A program made the translations under genes and the position numbers. A stretch of 64,000 bases of DNA from Acidimicrobiales bacterium (GTDB taxonomy: Bacteria; Actinomycetota; Acidimicrobiia; Acidimicrobiales; Bog-793), in contig JBKQMT010000110.1 in the NCBI GenBank assembly GCA_052146595.1, positions 14,275 to 78,274 on the forward strand. Direction: 5' to 3'. This document shows, one piece after another, positions 8,935 to 19,004 of this stretch. Position 1 is the stretch's first letter. Every line of letters starts with the position of its first letter. Under the pieces are notes generated by a model, which was not told where the DNA came from, searched no databases, and saw nothing but the letters and a program-made list of their open reading frames with translations.

Positions 8935-10446
8935 CTACTTGGACAATGGCGCCTGGTCGGCAGGCTCGCCCAGGGCGGCCTTTTCCAGCAGCTCCCGGTA
9001 GCGATAGCGGATGTCGTCGAGGTCGTTCGGCTCGGGCACGGACTCCTCAGCGCTTCGGGCGATCATCTCGCCCTGGCGCACGAGCACCCTCCGCTGCGCC
9101 TCGGTCGTGGTCTCTTCCACGACCGAGCTCAGCGCGTCCATCATGTGGATCACCACCACCGGCATCCCCCGAGACGACTGGCGGATCTTGTCGAAGGCCC
9201 GGTTGGCCATCCGGGCATAGGACGGAGCGGGCTCGATGAGCCGCACGCGGCCGGAACGATCCCTGTAGATGCCCTCCCCGAGGGTCCGGCCGGAGACTCG
9301 TCTCAGTCCCGACGAGAGCCAGTCGATGCACGTGAGTGCCGTGAAGGTGTCGTTGACGGCGGGGGAGAGGGCGCGGATGGCGATCTCGACCAGCTGGTCG
9401 ATGGCGAAGACCGGATCTTGCATGAGCGTCCGGTGCGGCCCGGTCACATGCGCCTTGGCGAGCGCCTGGGCGACCTGCCGGGCGGCGCCTCGCGGCCAGA
9501 CCGTGGCGAGGGGACGCCCGGCAGCGATGAAGTGGCCCGGCCGGTGTGTGAGGCGGATGACGGCATCGAGCTGCGTCGCGATGTCGACCAGCTGGGCGTA
9601 GCCGACGAACTGCAGGTAGCCGCTCGTAACCGCGGGAACTGCGCCGCCGCGCTCCTCGAGCACCTTCATCACCTCTGTGGCGGAGGTTCCATAGCCGACG
9701 GGCTCTGGTTTCTTCGGCTCAGCTGACTCCTCTGGGAATTCGGCATCTATCTCACGGGTCAGGTCACGGGCGATCCCGGCGATCACCTCCGGCAGCTGGA
9801 TCGACTTGGCGATGTGGTGGATGAAGTAGATGAGGATCCCGACGTCGACGAGAAGCAGCCCTTCGGCGACGACTATCGACAGGTGGGGCACGAAGACGCC
9901 GTGGGAACCGGTGATGGCGAGCGAGCCGAGGGCGAGGAGGGAGTACACGAAGGTGGCCACGAAGACGCCGAGGGTCATCTGGTTGCCGATGTCCCGGACG
10001 AAGTTGCGCATCATGCGGGGACCGAACTGCTGGGAGGCGAAGGTGACAGCCAGGATCGTGATCGAGAACACGACGCCGATGACGGTGATGATCGCCGCCG
10101 CGATGGCGATGAGAACCTCGCGGCCGGCGTCCGCGCTCCCGGTCCGCATCCAGAAGGGCAGCACGAGGTGACCGTGGTAAGCCGCCCAGTCGACGGCGAA
10201 GGTCACCGCGAACAGCCCGCAGGCGACGATGACGAGGAGGGTGGGCACCATCCAGAACGTCGTGCGGAGCGCTTCCCACCGCCAGCTGGCCAGCTTTCGG
10301 TGCCTCTCCCAGGTCTGCACCTGTTCGGCGAACGGGCGCGGGCCAACCCTCGGCGGGGCCGACTGCGGCTCGGATGGGGAGGGGGAATCGCTCAATGGGG
10401 TCGGTCCTCTGGTTGCCGACCAGTCTTCCCGGCGCACCTTTGCCAA
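8935..10446 (-). CDS. DUF2254-like membrane protein
   Basis: The 503-aa protein has an N-terminal block of 4 TM helices (FWMVPTLLVIVACGLFAVTF...) followed by a large soluble domain. The family name is from memory. Confidence 0.7.
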   Translation of the reverse strand: MAKVRREDWSATRGPTPLSDSPSPSEPQSAPPRVGPRPFAEQVQTWERHRKLASWRWEALRTTFWMVPTLLVIVACGLFAVTFAVDWAAYHGHLVLPFWMRTGSADAGREVLIAIAAAIITVIGVVFSITILAVTFASQQFGPRMMRNFVRDIGNQMTLGVFVATFVYSLLALGSLAITGSHGVFVPHLSIVVAEGLLLVDVGILIYFIHHIAKSIQLPEVIAGIARDLTREIDAEFPEESAEPKKPEPVGYGTSATEVMKVLEERGGAVPAVTSGYLQFVGYAQLVDIATQLDAVIRLTHRPGHFIAAGRPLATVWPRGAARQVAQALAKAHVTGPHRTLMQDPVFAIDQLVEIAIRALSPAVNDTFTALTCIDWLSSGLRRVSGRTLGEGIYRDRSGRVRLIEPAPSYARMANRAFDKIRQSSRGMPVVVIHMMDALSSVVEETTTEAQRRVLVRQGEMIARSAEESVPEPNDLDDIRYRYRELLEKAALGEPADQAPLSK

Positions 10447-10609
10447 CAGACAATACTCACGCCGCTCGGAGGGCCGCTCAGAGAGGCCTCCCGGAGACTG
10501 TCACCGGGTCAGCCCCGTCGCCGCCCGCCCTGGCTCGATTGGCTAAATTCACCTTGCTCGCAAGACCGCGCTCGCGGGCCCGCCGAGCAGATGTTCGCAA
10601 CCGGGGGGA

Positions 10610-11242
10610 ATGATGACCGACACGAGGGCTGAGCTTTCGCCACACGGACCCGCGGCCGACCTCGGCCCTCCTTCGGGTGCGCCACCCAGAGCGGTCATTC
10701 AGATCGTGCCCCTGAAGGGCCTGCCGGTCGTCGCCGTCGTCCTCGCCTTCCTTGTCGCCTCGATCGGCTTCAACTGGCAGTGGGGCCTCGATTTCAACCA
10801 CGTTGCAGGCGGAGCTTTGTGGACGGGGATCGACCTGTTCGTCGGGCTCGTCGTCGGCCCGATCCTCGGACGGCTCTCCATCCCGGCCCGCGCCGAGTTC
10901 TCGGCCAAGTTCATGCCGAAGATGGTGCTCCTCATGCCGACGCTCGTCGCCATGACACTGGCTTCCGGGTTTCAGCTGGCGCTCGACCTCGGCAACTTGA
11001 AGACGTCGAGCCCGAACCATTCCTGGCTCATCGTCTCGTTCATCGTCGTCGGGGTCATGGCCATCATCGCCCTCGGCATCCTCGAGCCGGCCAACCTGGC
11101 CGTCCTGTTCGAGATGCGCAAGCCGCGGGCCGACGGCGAGGTGATCGCCAAGCTCATGAAGCGCTTCATCTACACAGCAGGCATCACGGGCCTGATGCAG
11201 GTCGCGACGCTCGTCATCATGACCCGGGTGGCGTCCCGATGA
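10610..11242 (+). CDS. hypothetical membrane protein (about 5 TM)
   Basis: The 210-aa ORF has hydrophobic helices and high GC3. No family was recognised. Confidence 0.6.
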   Translation: MMTDTRAELSPHGPAADLGPPSGAPPRAVIQIVPLKGLPVVAVVLAFLVASIGFNWQWGLDFNHVAGGALWTGIDLFVGLVVGPILGRLSIPARAEFSAKFMPKMVLLMPTLVAMTLASGFQLALDLGNLKTSSPNHSWLIVSFIVVGVMAIIALGILEPANLAVLFEMRKPRADGEVIAKLMKRFIYTAGITGLMQVATLVIMTRVASR

Positions 11243-11679
11243 GCCTGCCGAGCAAGAACGGCCCCTCGCCTGTCACGACTGAGCGGCGCTTCGCTCCTGT
11301 CGCAGAAGTGGGTGCCGCCGCCTTGGCGCTGATCGTGGCCGGGGGCATCTACATGGCTTCGTACGCGCCGCGCCGGGCACCCCTGACGCTGCCGATCGTC
11401 CTCGCTGCCGCGAGCGGGGTCCTCGTCTTGGCGAACATCGTCATGCTCGCCCGCACGAAGGGCTTCGCCTGGGACAAGTTCTTCCTCGTCGGTAAGTGGA
11501 CCCTGCTCTCGTATGTGATCGCGGCGGGGCTCATCGAATTCGCCTTCGTGCGGGACCACATCCGGGGCGGTCCGCTCGCGGTGATCACGGCGATGCTCGT
11601 CCTTTTCGCCGTCATCGTCCCGCTCATCATCAGCTTCACCGTCGCCCGCTACCAGTCCGCCCGGGGCGGAACCGCCTGA
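11239..11679 (+). CDS. hypothetical membrane protein (4 TM), coupled to the previous gene
   Basis: The ATG at 11239 overlaps the TGA of the previous gene (ATGA). This is the C-terminal 146 aa of track ORF 10780..11679. Confidence 0.6.
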   Translation: MSLPSKNGPSPVTTERRFAPVAEVGAAALALIVAGGIYMASYAPRRAPLTLPIVLAAASGVLVLANIVMLARTKGFAWDKFFLVGKWTLLSYVIAAGLIEFAFVRDHIRGGPLAVITAMLVLFAVIVPLIISFTVARYQSARGGTA

Positions 11680-11700
11680 CCCAGGGGGCCGCCGGGCGCG

Positions 11701-12984
11701 GTGGCGTTGCTGGCGCAGCGGCGGGCGATGCTCCATGCTCGTGAGGTGGAGAGCGAGCCATGCGACTCGGTGGATGGCTCACGCCCCTCGGCCGCGACAG
11801 CAACCACGCCCACGACCAGGCATCGCAGCACTTATGTCGCTCGTCGATCGCCCGTCGTTCTCGCTGCCGGACTGAAGAGCCTCGCCCGGCGCGCCTACGA
11901 GGGGCGCTGGCCGGTCCGGGTCATGTCGGTGACCGCCGCTGCCGCCGGCGCCACGTGGGCGGTCTGCCTCCCGCTCGGTAACGTCCCCTCGGCCTTCGGC
12001 GCGGCGTCGGCCGTCTACGCCGCGCAGCTGACCGTGCGGACCTCCGTGCTCGACGGCCTCAAGCGGACCGTTCTCATGGGTCTCAGCGTCCTCCTTGCCG
12101 TCGTGATCCTGAGGACCGTCGGGCTTTCCGCCCTCGCAGTCATGGCACTGGTCTTCGTGTCACTCGGCGTCGGCCAGCTCTTGAGGCTCGGCGTGGCCGG
12201 GTCAGCGCAGATCCCAGGCACGGCCATCTTCATCCTCGCCCTGGGCACTTCCATGTCCATGCCCAAGCTGCTGGACAGGGTGTGGGCGACACTTATCGGC
12301 GCCGTCATCGGCGCCGCCGCCTCCTATGTCGCCTATCCGGGAGATCCCCGGGAACGGGCCCGGCGCGCCCTGGCCGGGCTCGCTGCCTCGATCGCGGACC
12401 TGCTCGAAGAGATGGCCGCGGGCGTGAAGAGAACCCCGACTGCCACCGAGACCGACCTATGGCTTGCCCGCTCGCGGGGGCTGGAGGAGGACCTCGAGCG
12501 GGCGCGCCCACTCGTCGACGAGGCGGTCGCGTTTCTCCGGGTGGACCCATTCGGCAGAAGGACCGGCACTTCCGAGCTTTCGCAGGTGTTTCTCGCCCTC
12601 ACGCACTCGGTCGCCCAGCTACGGGCGATAGCGCGCACGTTGTTCGACCACCGCCTCGACGGGGCGCCCCGCCTGCCCGCGAGCCTCGCCGAGGTAGTGT
12701 CGAGAACCGCGCTCGCCTACCGCGCCCGGGCCGAGGCCCTGCAGGGGGACACCCCGAACGTGGGCGCCGCCCTGGACGCTGTGCGTCAGGCGCGTCGCGA
12801 GTCGCTGCGCAGCCTCCGCCGGGTGGACGAGACCGGCTCCTGGGTCGTCTCCGGTGCCATCCTCACCGAGGTGGACCGTATGGTCCAGCAACTCGAAGGC
12901 GACGCTCCGGCCCTCGGGGTCCAACCCGAGCCCTCCGGCCGTCGACGTCCCGGACGAGGACGGGGCGGCGCCGAGCGCTCCTGA
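11701..12984 (+). CDS. FUSC / aromatic-acid-exporter-like membrane protein
   Basis: An N-terminal half with several TM helices (...LMGLSVLLAVVILRTVGLSALAVMALVFVSLGVGQLL...) is followed by a helical cytoplasmic half. The start is uncertain. Confidence 0.55.
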   Translation: MALLAQRRAMLHAREVESEPCDSVDGSRPSAATATTPTTRHRSTYVARRSPVVLAAGLKSLARRAYEGRWPVRVMSVTAAAAGATWAVCLPLGNVPSAFGAASAVYAAQLTVRTSVLDGLKRTVLMGLSVLLAVVILRTVGLSALAVMALVFVSLGVGQLLRLGVAGSAQIPGTAIFILALGTSMSMPKLLDRVWATLIGAVIGAAASYVAYPGDPRERARRALAGLAASIADLLEEMAAGVKRTPTATETDLWLARSRGLEEDLERARPLVDEAVAFLRVDPFGRRTGTSELSQVFLALTHSVAQLRAIARTLFDHRLDGAPRLPASLAEVVSRTALAYRARAEALQGDTPNVGAALDAVRQARRESLRSLRRVDETGSWVVSGAILTEVDRMVQQLEGDAPALGVQPEPSGRRRPGRGRGGAERS

Positions 12985-13105
12985 CGACAAGAGCACAAGG
13001 AGGCCTCGAACCTCCCATGTATATCCTGTAGACAGCTCATCTCGAGCTACGGCAATCCGAGCCGATCGGACCCAGATCGGGGGTTCTATTGGGACCCGAA
13101 AGACC

Positions 13106-13288
13106 ATGAACATCGAGTACAAGGTGAAGGAGTGGCACACCGGGTCGGTCCATGCCGGCGAGACCGGGGCCTTGGGCCTGCAGGCCATGTTGAACGAGCC
13201 GGAGCTGTTCGGCTACCGCCTCCACACCGTGTTGGGCGGTATCGACCAGTCACTGCTGATCTTCACCAAGGAGACCGAGGACTCCTAG
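13106..13288 (+). CDS. small DUF4177-like protein (60 aa)
   Basis: MNIEYKVKEWHTGSVHAGETGALGLQAMLNEPELFGYRLHTVLGGIDQSLLIFTKE has the EYKV...G(W/Y)xL pattern of DUF4177. It is the only protein-like part of ORF 12854..13288. Confidence 0.5.
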   Translation: MNIEYKVKEWHTGSVHAGETGALGLQAMLNEPELFGYRLHTVLGGIDQSLLIFTKETEDS

Positions 13289-13773
13289 AGCGGGTCCACC
13301 GAGATGACGCCGCCGTTGGCCACGTGCTCGGTCCATCCTGACCCGTCGAAATAGCGAAGCTCGTTTCGGCCCGTCGGGTCCGACAGCCAGGCCGTGAGCG
13401 CGGTCGTGGCCGGCGGCGGCTGGTCAGACCTGGGTACCGGACCGAGCTGGGCCGCCGGCGAGTACCCGGGGACGCCGGCCTTGTACTCGGCGACCTCGGT
13501 GACGCCCCGCTGGCGACCCGGTTGCAGCCGGGGCGACCAGGCGACGATAGACAGCAAAGTGCCGAAGATTGCCACGAAGACGATCGACAGCAATGTCACG
13601 AAGAAGGCCACGAAGACGCTGACGCCACCCCAGACGAGGGGGTGGATGTGCCAGGGGCTATTGCCCGTTCGCCGCTTGTACGCATTCGTGCGCATGAACG
13701 CCAGCATCCCGAACACCAGGCCCAAGGTGAGGTACAGGCTCGCCCGGACGAAGATCAGGCCCGTCATGCGCAC
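13285..13773 (-). CDS. membrane protein with C-terminal DUF2510 domain
   Basis: Two or three N-terminal TM helices are followed by the C-terminal WLSDPTGRNELRYFDGSGWTEHV signature. Confidence 0.7.
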   Translation of the reverse strand: MRMTGLIFVRASLYLTLGLVFGMLAFMRTNAYKRRTGNSPWHIHPLVWGGVSVFVAFFVTLLSIVFVAIFGTLLSIVAWSPRLQPGRQRGVTEVAEYKAGVPGYSPAAQLGPVPRSDQPPPATTALTAWLSDPTGRNELRYFDGSGWTEHVANGGVISVDPL

Positions 13774-13830
13774 GGCGCGAGTCTAGGGTGCCGCCGCCCG
13801 GTCGGCACTGGTGGCGTTCTCGTCTTTTCC

Positions 13831-16656
13831 TCAAAGGCCGTAGAAGACCCGCTCGACCACCTTGCGGCTGCGCCGCGTCACGCGCCGGTACGACTCGCGC
13901 AGGCCCGTCGGGGTGGTCCCGAGGCTCCTTGCCAGGCGCGACTGGAGCTCGGGCTGGCGGGGCATGGCGTCGGCCCCGCTGCCGACCACGCCCCCGGCAC
14001 CGGCGACGTAGTTGCCCACGAGGTGCCACCGGTTCCTCGTCTCGGCGCAGAAACGGTAGGCGTCCCTGAGCGTGGCGGCGTCGGCGGCGCTGAGCGCCCC
14101 CACACGCTCGAGTCGGTCCAGCGCGTCGCGAGTCGAGCTGGCCCGGGTGCCGGTGCGGAGCTGGAGGAGCTGCGCCGTCCACTCGACGTCGCTGAGCGAG
14201 CCGCGGCCGAGCTTCAGATGGAACTGGGGGTCGTCGCTGGGCGGGATGCGCTCACGCTCGATGCGCGCTTTCATCCTTCGGATCTCCCTTTCCGTGGCCT
14301 CGTCGAGGGGCGAGGACCACACTGCTTGGTCGGCGAGGGCCACGAACCGCTCTCTGACCGCCTCGTCGCCCGCGACAGGCCGGGCACGCAGCAGAGCCTG
14401 GCGCTCCCAGGCGGCGCCCCAGCGGCGGTGGTACTCCTCGTAGGCATCCAGGCTGCGGGCGAGCGGGCCCTGTCTTCCCTCCGGGCGGAGCGAGGCGTCG
14501 ATGCGGACGATCCCTTCGGCGGGCGTCGACCCGTTGCACAGCCGGAAGAGCTCACCTGCGGCCCATTCAGCGGCCCGCGCGTCCGGGACGGTCGTCCCCT
14601 CGTAGACGACCAGCACGTCGAGGTCGCTCCCGTAGGCGATCTCGGCCCCGCCGAAGCTCCCCATGGCGATCACCGCCATCGGGACGCCGGGAGCGACGGC
14701 GTGCAGGCCGGCTGCGACGACCGCAGCCCCGAGCTCGGCGAGGGCGCGGCCGGTGGCGCCGGTACCCGAGAGGCCGAGGACGTCTCGGGCCGCGATCCGC
14801 ACCGTTTCGATCTCGAAGAAGGTCCGGAGGGCGCCGGTGCGCCGGTCGGGTCCCTGATCGGCTGCGATCGTGGCGTTTTCGGCGAGCTCGTCGGGATCGA
14901 GGGCGCGCAGCGCCGCCTTGTCGTCGAGAAGCTCCACGAAGTCGGGGTGCCGGGCGATGATCTCGCCCAGCCGGCGGCTCGTCCCCAAGAGGAGGCACAG
15001 CCTCCGGGCCACTTCGGACGACTCCCGGAACGCCGTCACGAGCAGGTCGCGCCGGTGCGGGCTGCCGGCGAGGGTGCGCAGCCCGACGAGGCCCTGGTCG
15101 GGATCGGGCGACTCGGAGAGCCAGTCGAGCAGGAGTGGCAGTAGTTGTTGCATGAGCCTCGAGGATCGGGTGAGGCCCCGCGTGAGCTCGCTCAGGGCCT
15201 GGCGGGTCCGCTCGGCGTCGGCAAAGCCGAAGGCGGCCAGGCGCTCCTCGGCGGCATCTGGTGCGAAACCATGCTCGGTGGTCGCTTGCTCGCCGCGCCC
15301 GGGGACGTTGCGCCGAGCCGTGCCGACGGCGAAGGCCTCGAGCAGAGGCCTGAAGAAGAGGCGCTCGTGGATGGCCCTGCCCGCGCTCTGGTGGCGAGCG
15401 AGGACGGCGTCGAACCGCTCCGCCGGGGTCTCCTCCGGCCGGCCCCGGAACCCGAGCACTCGTGCCAGCCGGTCCCGAGCCTCACGTTCCGCCGGCACCG
15501 TGTGTACCTGGGCCTCCTCGACGAGCTGGAGGCGGTGCTCGACGGTGCGCAGGAAACGGTAGGCGATGGCGAGCGTCGCGGCGTCCTCGGCCGCCACGTA
15601 CCCCGCTTCGGCCAGCTCGGCGAGGGCGGGAAGGGTGGCCCGCAGGCGCAGGGCCGGGTCGCGCCCGCCGTGGACGAGCTGCAGCAGCTGCACGGAGAAC
15701 TCCACGTCCCGGATCCCGCCGCGGCCTCGCTTGAGCTCGCGGCGGTCGAGGCCACGGCGCGCGATGACCGCCTCCGCCCGCGCTTTCATCGTGCGCAGCT
15801 CGGCCAGCTCGTCGGCACCGAAGCGCCGGGACCACAGCTGCTCGGAGGCCGCCTGCTCGAACAGCCGGCCGCAGGCGGCCTCGCCGGCGGAATGACGCGC
15901 CTTCAACAGCGCCTGGAACTCCCAGGGGCGGGCCCACCGTTCCCAGTAGGCGACATAGGAGGCGACGGAGCGGACGAGCACGCCCGAGCGTCCCTCCGGG
16001 CGCAGGTTGGTGTCGATGCGGTAGGCGCGAGACGCGATGGCTACGACCGAGCGCGCCAGGGAGGGATCGACCTCGGAGGCGTCCGCGGCCGCGAGGACGA
16101 TGTCGACATCGCTGGCGTAGTTGAGCTCCTGGGCACCGAGCTTGCCCATGGCGATGACCGCGAGGCCGTCCCCGGCACCGGCAAGGGCGATGGCACTGGC
16201 CAGGACACGATCGGCGACATGGGACAACGAGGCGGTCACCTGCTCGAGGTCGTCAAGGCCGAGGAGATCCCGGGCGGCGACCTCGAGCAACGAGAGATGC
16301 TTGCGGCGGACGAGGTCCTCGACGTCTGCCGCCTCGGCAGGGTCCCAACGCAACTCACCGGGCTTTGCGGCCACGCCGTGAGCCAGGACGTCGAGTGCGG
16401 CGGGATCGGTCGTGATCACCCGCGACAACGAGCGGCTCGCGGCTGCGACGGCCGCGAACGCGCCAGCGAGGCCGGGCTCGGAGGCGAGCCGGTCGCCGGC
16501 GGACGGGAAGGCCTCGAGGAGCTGGGCGGCCACGAGGCGCACCATGTCGGGAGCTGCAGAGGCGCGCACGAACTTGTCGGGCAGCTGTGGTGTGGGCATC
16601 GGCGGAGGACTCCTCTGCGAGAGGCTAATGGCTTCGTTGGGCCGGACCCGGGCCAC
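13831..16656 (-). CDS. glnE: bifunctional glutamine synthetase adenylyltransferase/adenylyl-removing enzyme
   Basis: The 941-aa protein has duplicated nucleotidyltransferase modules (MGKLGAQELNYASDVDIV and MGSFGGAEIAYGSDLDVLV). An alternative start is at 16599. Confidence 0.9.
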   Translation of the reverse strand: MARVRPNEAISLSQRSPPPMPTPQLPDKFVRASAAPDMVRLVAAQLLEAFPSAGDRLASEPGLAGAFAAVAAASRSLSRVITTDPAALDVLAHGVAAKPGELRWDPAEAADVEDLVRRKHLSLLEVAARDLLGLDDLEQVTASLSHVADRVLASAIALAGAGDGLAVIAMGKLGAQELNYASDVDIVLAAADASEVDPSLARSVVAIASRAYRIDTNLRPEGRSGVLVRSVASYVAYWERWARPWEFQALLKARHSAGEAACGRLFEQAASEQLWSRRFGADELAELRTMKARAEAVIARRGLDRRELKRGRGGIRDVEFSVQLLQLVHGGRDPALRLRATLPALAELAEAGYVAAEDAATLAIAYRFLRTVEHRLQLVEEAQVHTVPAEREARDRLARVLGFRGRPEETPAERFDAVLARHQSAGRAIHERLFFRPLLEAFAVGTARRNVPGRGEQATTEHGFAPDAAEERLAAFGFADAERTRQALSELTRGLTRSSRLMQQLLPLLLDWLSESPDPDQGLVGLRTLAGSPHRRDLLVTAFRESSEVARRLCLLLGTSRRLGEIIARHPDFVELLDDKAALRALDPDELAENATIAADQGPDRRTGALRTFFEIETVRIAARDVLGLSGTGATGRALAELGAAVVAAGLHAVAPGVPMAVIAMGSFGGAEIAYGSDLDVLVVYEGTTVPDARAAEWAAGELFRLCNGSTPAEGIVRIDASLRPEGRQGPLARSLDAYEEYHRRWGAAWERQALLRARPVAGDEAVRERFVALADQAVWSSPLDEATEREIRRMKARIERERIPPSDDPQFHLKLGRGSLSDVEWTAQLLQLRTGTRASSTRDALDRLERVGALSAADAATLRDAYRFCAETRNRWHLVGNYVAGAGGVVGSGADAMPRQPELQSRLARSLGTTPTGLRESYRRVTRRSRKVVERVFYGL

Positions 16657-16672
16657 CGGTAGGATTCGAGTC

Positions 16673-18481
16673 GTGGCCGGCTTGCGCGTAGCGCTCTGTC
16701 AGTTGGACGTCACGGTCGGCGACCTGGACGGCAACGCCGACAAGGTCATCGCCCAGCTCGCCCAGGCCGAGGCGGCAGGGGCTGACCTGGCGGTGTTCCC
16801 GGAGCTCGTCCTCACCGGTTACCCCCCGGAGGACCTCCTCTTGGAGCCTGGCTTTGTCGAGGGGAACCTGCTGGCGCTGGAGAAGGTCGCGACCGCGACC
16901 GGCCGTTGTGCGGCGGTGGTGGGTTTTGTCGAGGAGGATGGCGACTTGTACAACGCCGCCGCCGTGTGCGCGGCGGGCGAGACGAGGGCGATCGTCCGCA
17001 AGCAGCTGCTCCCCAACTACGGGGTCTTCGACGAGAGGCGCTACTTCGCCCCGGGCGAGCGGCGGGAACAGCTCTTCTCCATCGCGGGCGTGCGGGTGGG
17101 GGTGACCATCTGCGAGGACGCCTGGAGCCCCTCGGGCCCCGTTGGCCGACTAGGAGAGGGGGGCGCGGAGCTGGTCGTGGCGCTGAACGCGTCGCCCTAC
17201 CGTGCCGGCATCTTGGCCCAGCGCGAGCGGATGCTCGCCACACGGGCGGCAGACGCCTCCACGGCGCTCTGCTATGTCAACCTCGTCGGCGGTCAGGACG
17301 AGCTCGTCTTCGACGGCGCCTCCATGGTCTTCGACAACGACGGCGATATTGTCGCCTCGGCCCCGCAGTTTCGCGAGGCCCTCGTCATCTGCGACCTTGC
17401 CGTGCGCCCGGTGTTCCGCAAGCGGCTCTTGGACCCGAGGGGCCACGAGGGCATGTCGGAGCTGCCGCTCCTGACGATCTCGGAGGCCCCGGTGGCCGGC
17501 TCTTCGGCCCCCGCCGGTGCTCCGTTGACCGCCGATGCCCCCGCGCCTCGTCCTGGCCTGGCTCCGCGTCTGGGCCGGGTCGCCGAGGTCTATGAAGCGC
17601 TCGTGCTCGGGACCTCGGACTACGTTCGGAAGAACCATTTCACCGACGTGTTGGTGGGCCTTTCCGGCGGGGTCGACTCCTCGCTCGTCGCCACCATCGC
17701 AGCCGACGCGCTCGGTGCCGAGCGCGTCCACGGCGTGTTGATGCCGTCGCGTTTCTCCTCCGAAGGCTCGCTGAAGGACGCCTCGGCCCTGGCCGCGAAC
17801 CTCGGGATCGGCACGTCCACCGTGCCGATCGAGGCCGCCCACCGCGTGCTTCTGGAGATGCTCGAACCGGTCGGAGACCTCTCGGCGGGTCTGGCGGGTG
17901 AGAATCTCCAGGCACGCATTCGTGGCGTCATCTTGATGGCGATCTCCAACGAGCGGGCGTGGCTCGTGCTGACCACGGGCAACAAGAGTGAGATGGCGGT
18001 CGGCTACGCGACGCTTTACGGTGACATGGCGGGCGGCTACGCCGTGTTGAAGGACGTCCCGAAGACGCTCGTGTACGAGCTCTGCGAGCACAGGAACTCC
18101 GTCGCGGGTCGCGACCTCGTCCCCCGGGCGGTCATCACCAAGCCCCCCTCGGCGGAGCTACGGCCGGACCAGCGAGACGACGAGAGCCTCCCGCCCTACG
18201 GGGTCTTGGACCCGATCCTGGAGGGCTATGTGGAGCGGGACAACACCGTCTCCGACCTGGTCTCGGCGGGATTCGACGCGGCCACGGTCCGAAGGGTCAT
18301 CGACCTCGTCGACCACGCCGAGTACAAACGGCGTCAGGCCCCGCCCGGGCCCCGGGTGACAAGCCGCGGCTTTGGCAAGGACCGGCGGATGCCGATCACG
18401 AACCAGTACCGGGCCTCGGCTTCGAAGGTGGGCTCAGCACGCCCGATCGCTCCAGGACCGTCCGGGCCCGTGGGCCCGTAG
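16673..18481 (+). CDS. nadE: glutamine-dependent NAD+ synthetase
   Basis: An N-terminal C-N hydrolase domain (LRVALCQLDV...FPELVLTGYPPEDL) is joined to a C-terminal synthetase domain with the SGGVDSS P-loop. The start is trimmed to GTG 16673; ATG 16628 is an alternative. Confidence 0.9.
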   Translation: MAGLRVALCQLDVTVGDLDGNADKVIAQLAQAEAAGADLAVFPELVLTGYPPEDLLLEPGFVEGNLLALEKVATATGRCAAVVGFVEEDGDLYNAAAVCAAGETRAIVRKQLLPNYGVFDERRYFAPGERREQLFSIAGVRVGVTICEDAWSPSGPVGRLGEGGAELVVALNASPYRAGILAQRERMLATRAADASTALCYVNLVGGQDELVFDGASMVFDNDGDIVASAPQFREALVICDLAVRPVFRKRLLDPRGHEGMSELPLLTISEAPVAGSSAPAGAPLTADAPAPRPGLAPRLGRVAEVYEALVLGTSDYVRKNHFTDVLVGLSGGVDSSLVATIAADALGAERVHGVLMPSRFSSEGSLKDASALAANLGIGTSTVPIEAAHRVLLEMLEPVGDLSAGLAGENLQARIRGVILMAISNERAWLVLTTGNKSEMAVGYATLYGDMAGGYAVLKDVPKTLVYELCEHRNSVAGRDLVPRAVITKPPSAELRPDQRDDESLPPYGVLDPILEGYVERDNTVSDLVSAGFDAATVRRVIDLVDHAEYKRRQAPPGPRVTSRGFGKDRRMPITNQYRASASKVGSARPIAPGPSGPVGP

Positions 18482-18486
18482 CCTTC

Positions 18487-18999
18487 TTGAACCTCCTCGA
18501 CACCTCCAGGAAGCTGGGAGCGCTCCGCGCCGTCGAGTTGACCTGCTTTCGTCGCTTGGGCGAGCGGGCGCCGGGTCTCGTGCCGGCGAGCTGTGCACGG
18601 TGGGCCGCGTCGGCGAGCCTTGCCCATGCCTGGAGGGCCTCCCTGCTCGAGAGCCTACTTCCCGTCTCGACGGGGCTCCCCGGGCTGGAGGAGCTTACGG
18701 TTCTTCCCGAGAACCATCTTGGCGACGAGCTGGCCCGAGCCCTGCCCGAGCGCGACGACGGCTCCTGCAGCGCCGGGACGGCTCCGGGATCTCGCGACAG
18801 TCCACCAGACAACGGTCTCCAGCTCGTGGCTGATGTCACCGGTGGGCTCTACCCTCTGCTGCTCGCCGAATATGCCCTCCGCCTGGAGCTGTGCACTCAG
18901 GCCGCAGACGGCGCCGTCGTCCGTACTATCGGCAGGGCCGTCGCCGACCTCGAAGTGGTACGGGCGGAAGGGTCCGCTCTCTGCAGCCGGGCCGGCTAG
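18487..18999 (+). CDS. hypothetical protein
   Basis: The 170-aa ORF with a TTG start lies 5 nt after the nadE stop. It has strong GC3 bias. No family was recognised. Confidence 0.45.
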   Translation: MNLLDTSRKLGALRAVELTCFRRLGERAPGLVPASCARWAASASLAHAWRASLLESLLPVSTGLPGLEELTVLPENHLGDELARALPERDDGSCSAGTAPGSRDSPPDNGLQLVADVTGGLYPLLLAEYALRLELCTQAADGAVVRTIGRAVADLEVVRAEGSALCSRAG

Positions 19000-19004
19000 G
19001 CGAC

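Noticed and set aside
13522-16662. Two very long plus-strand ORFs (540 aa and 505 aa) covering the glnE locus
   Set aside because: They are mirror-frame ORFs antisense to a clearly recognisable glnE. Their translations are Arg/Gly/Pro/Ala-rich with no motifs. This is typical of stop-poor antisense frames in high-G+C DNA.
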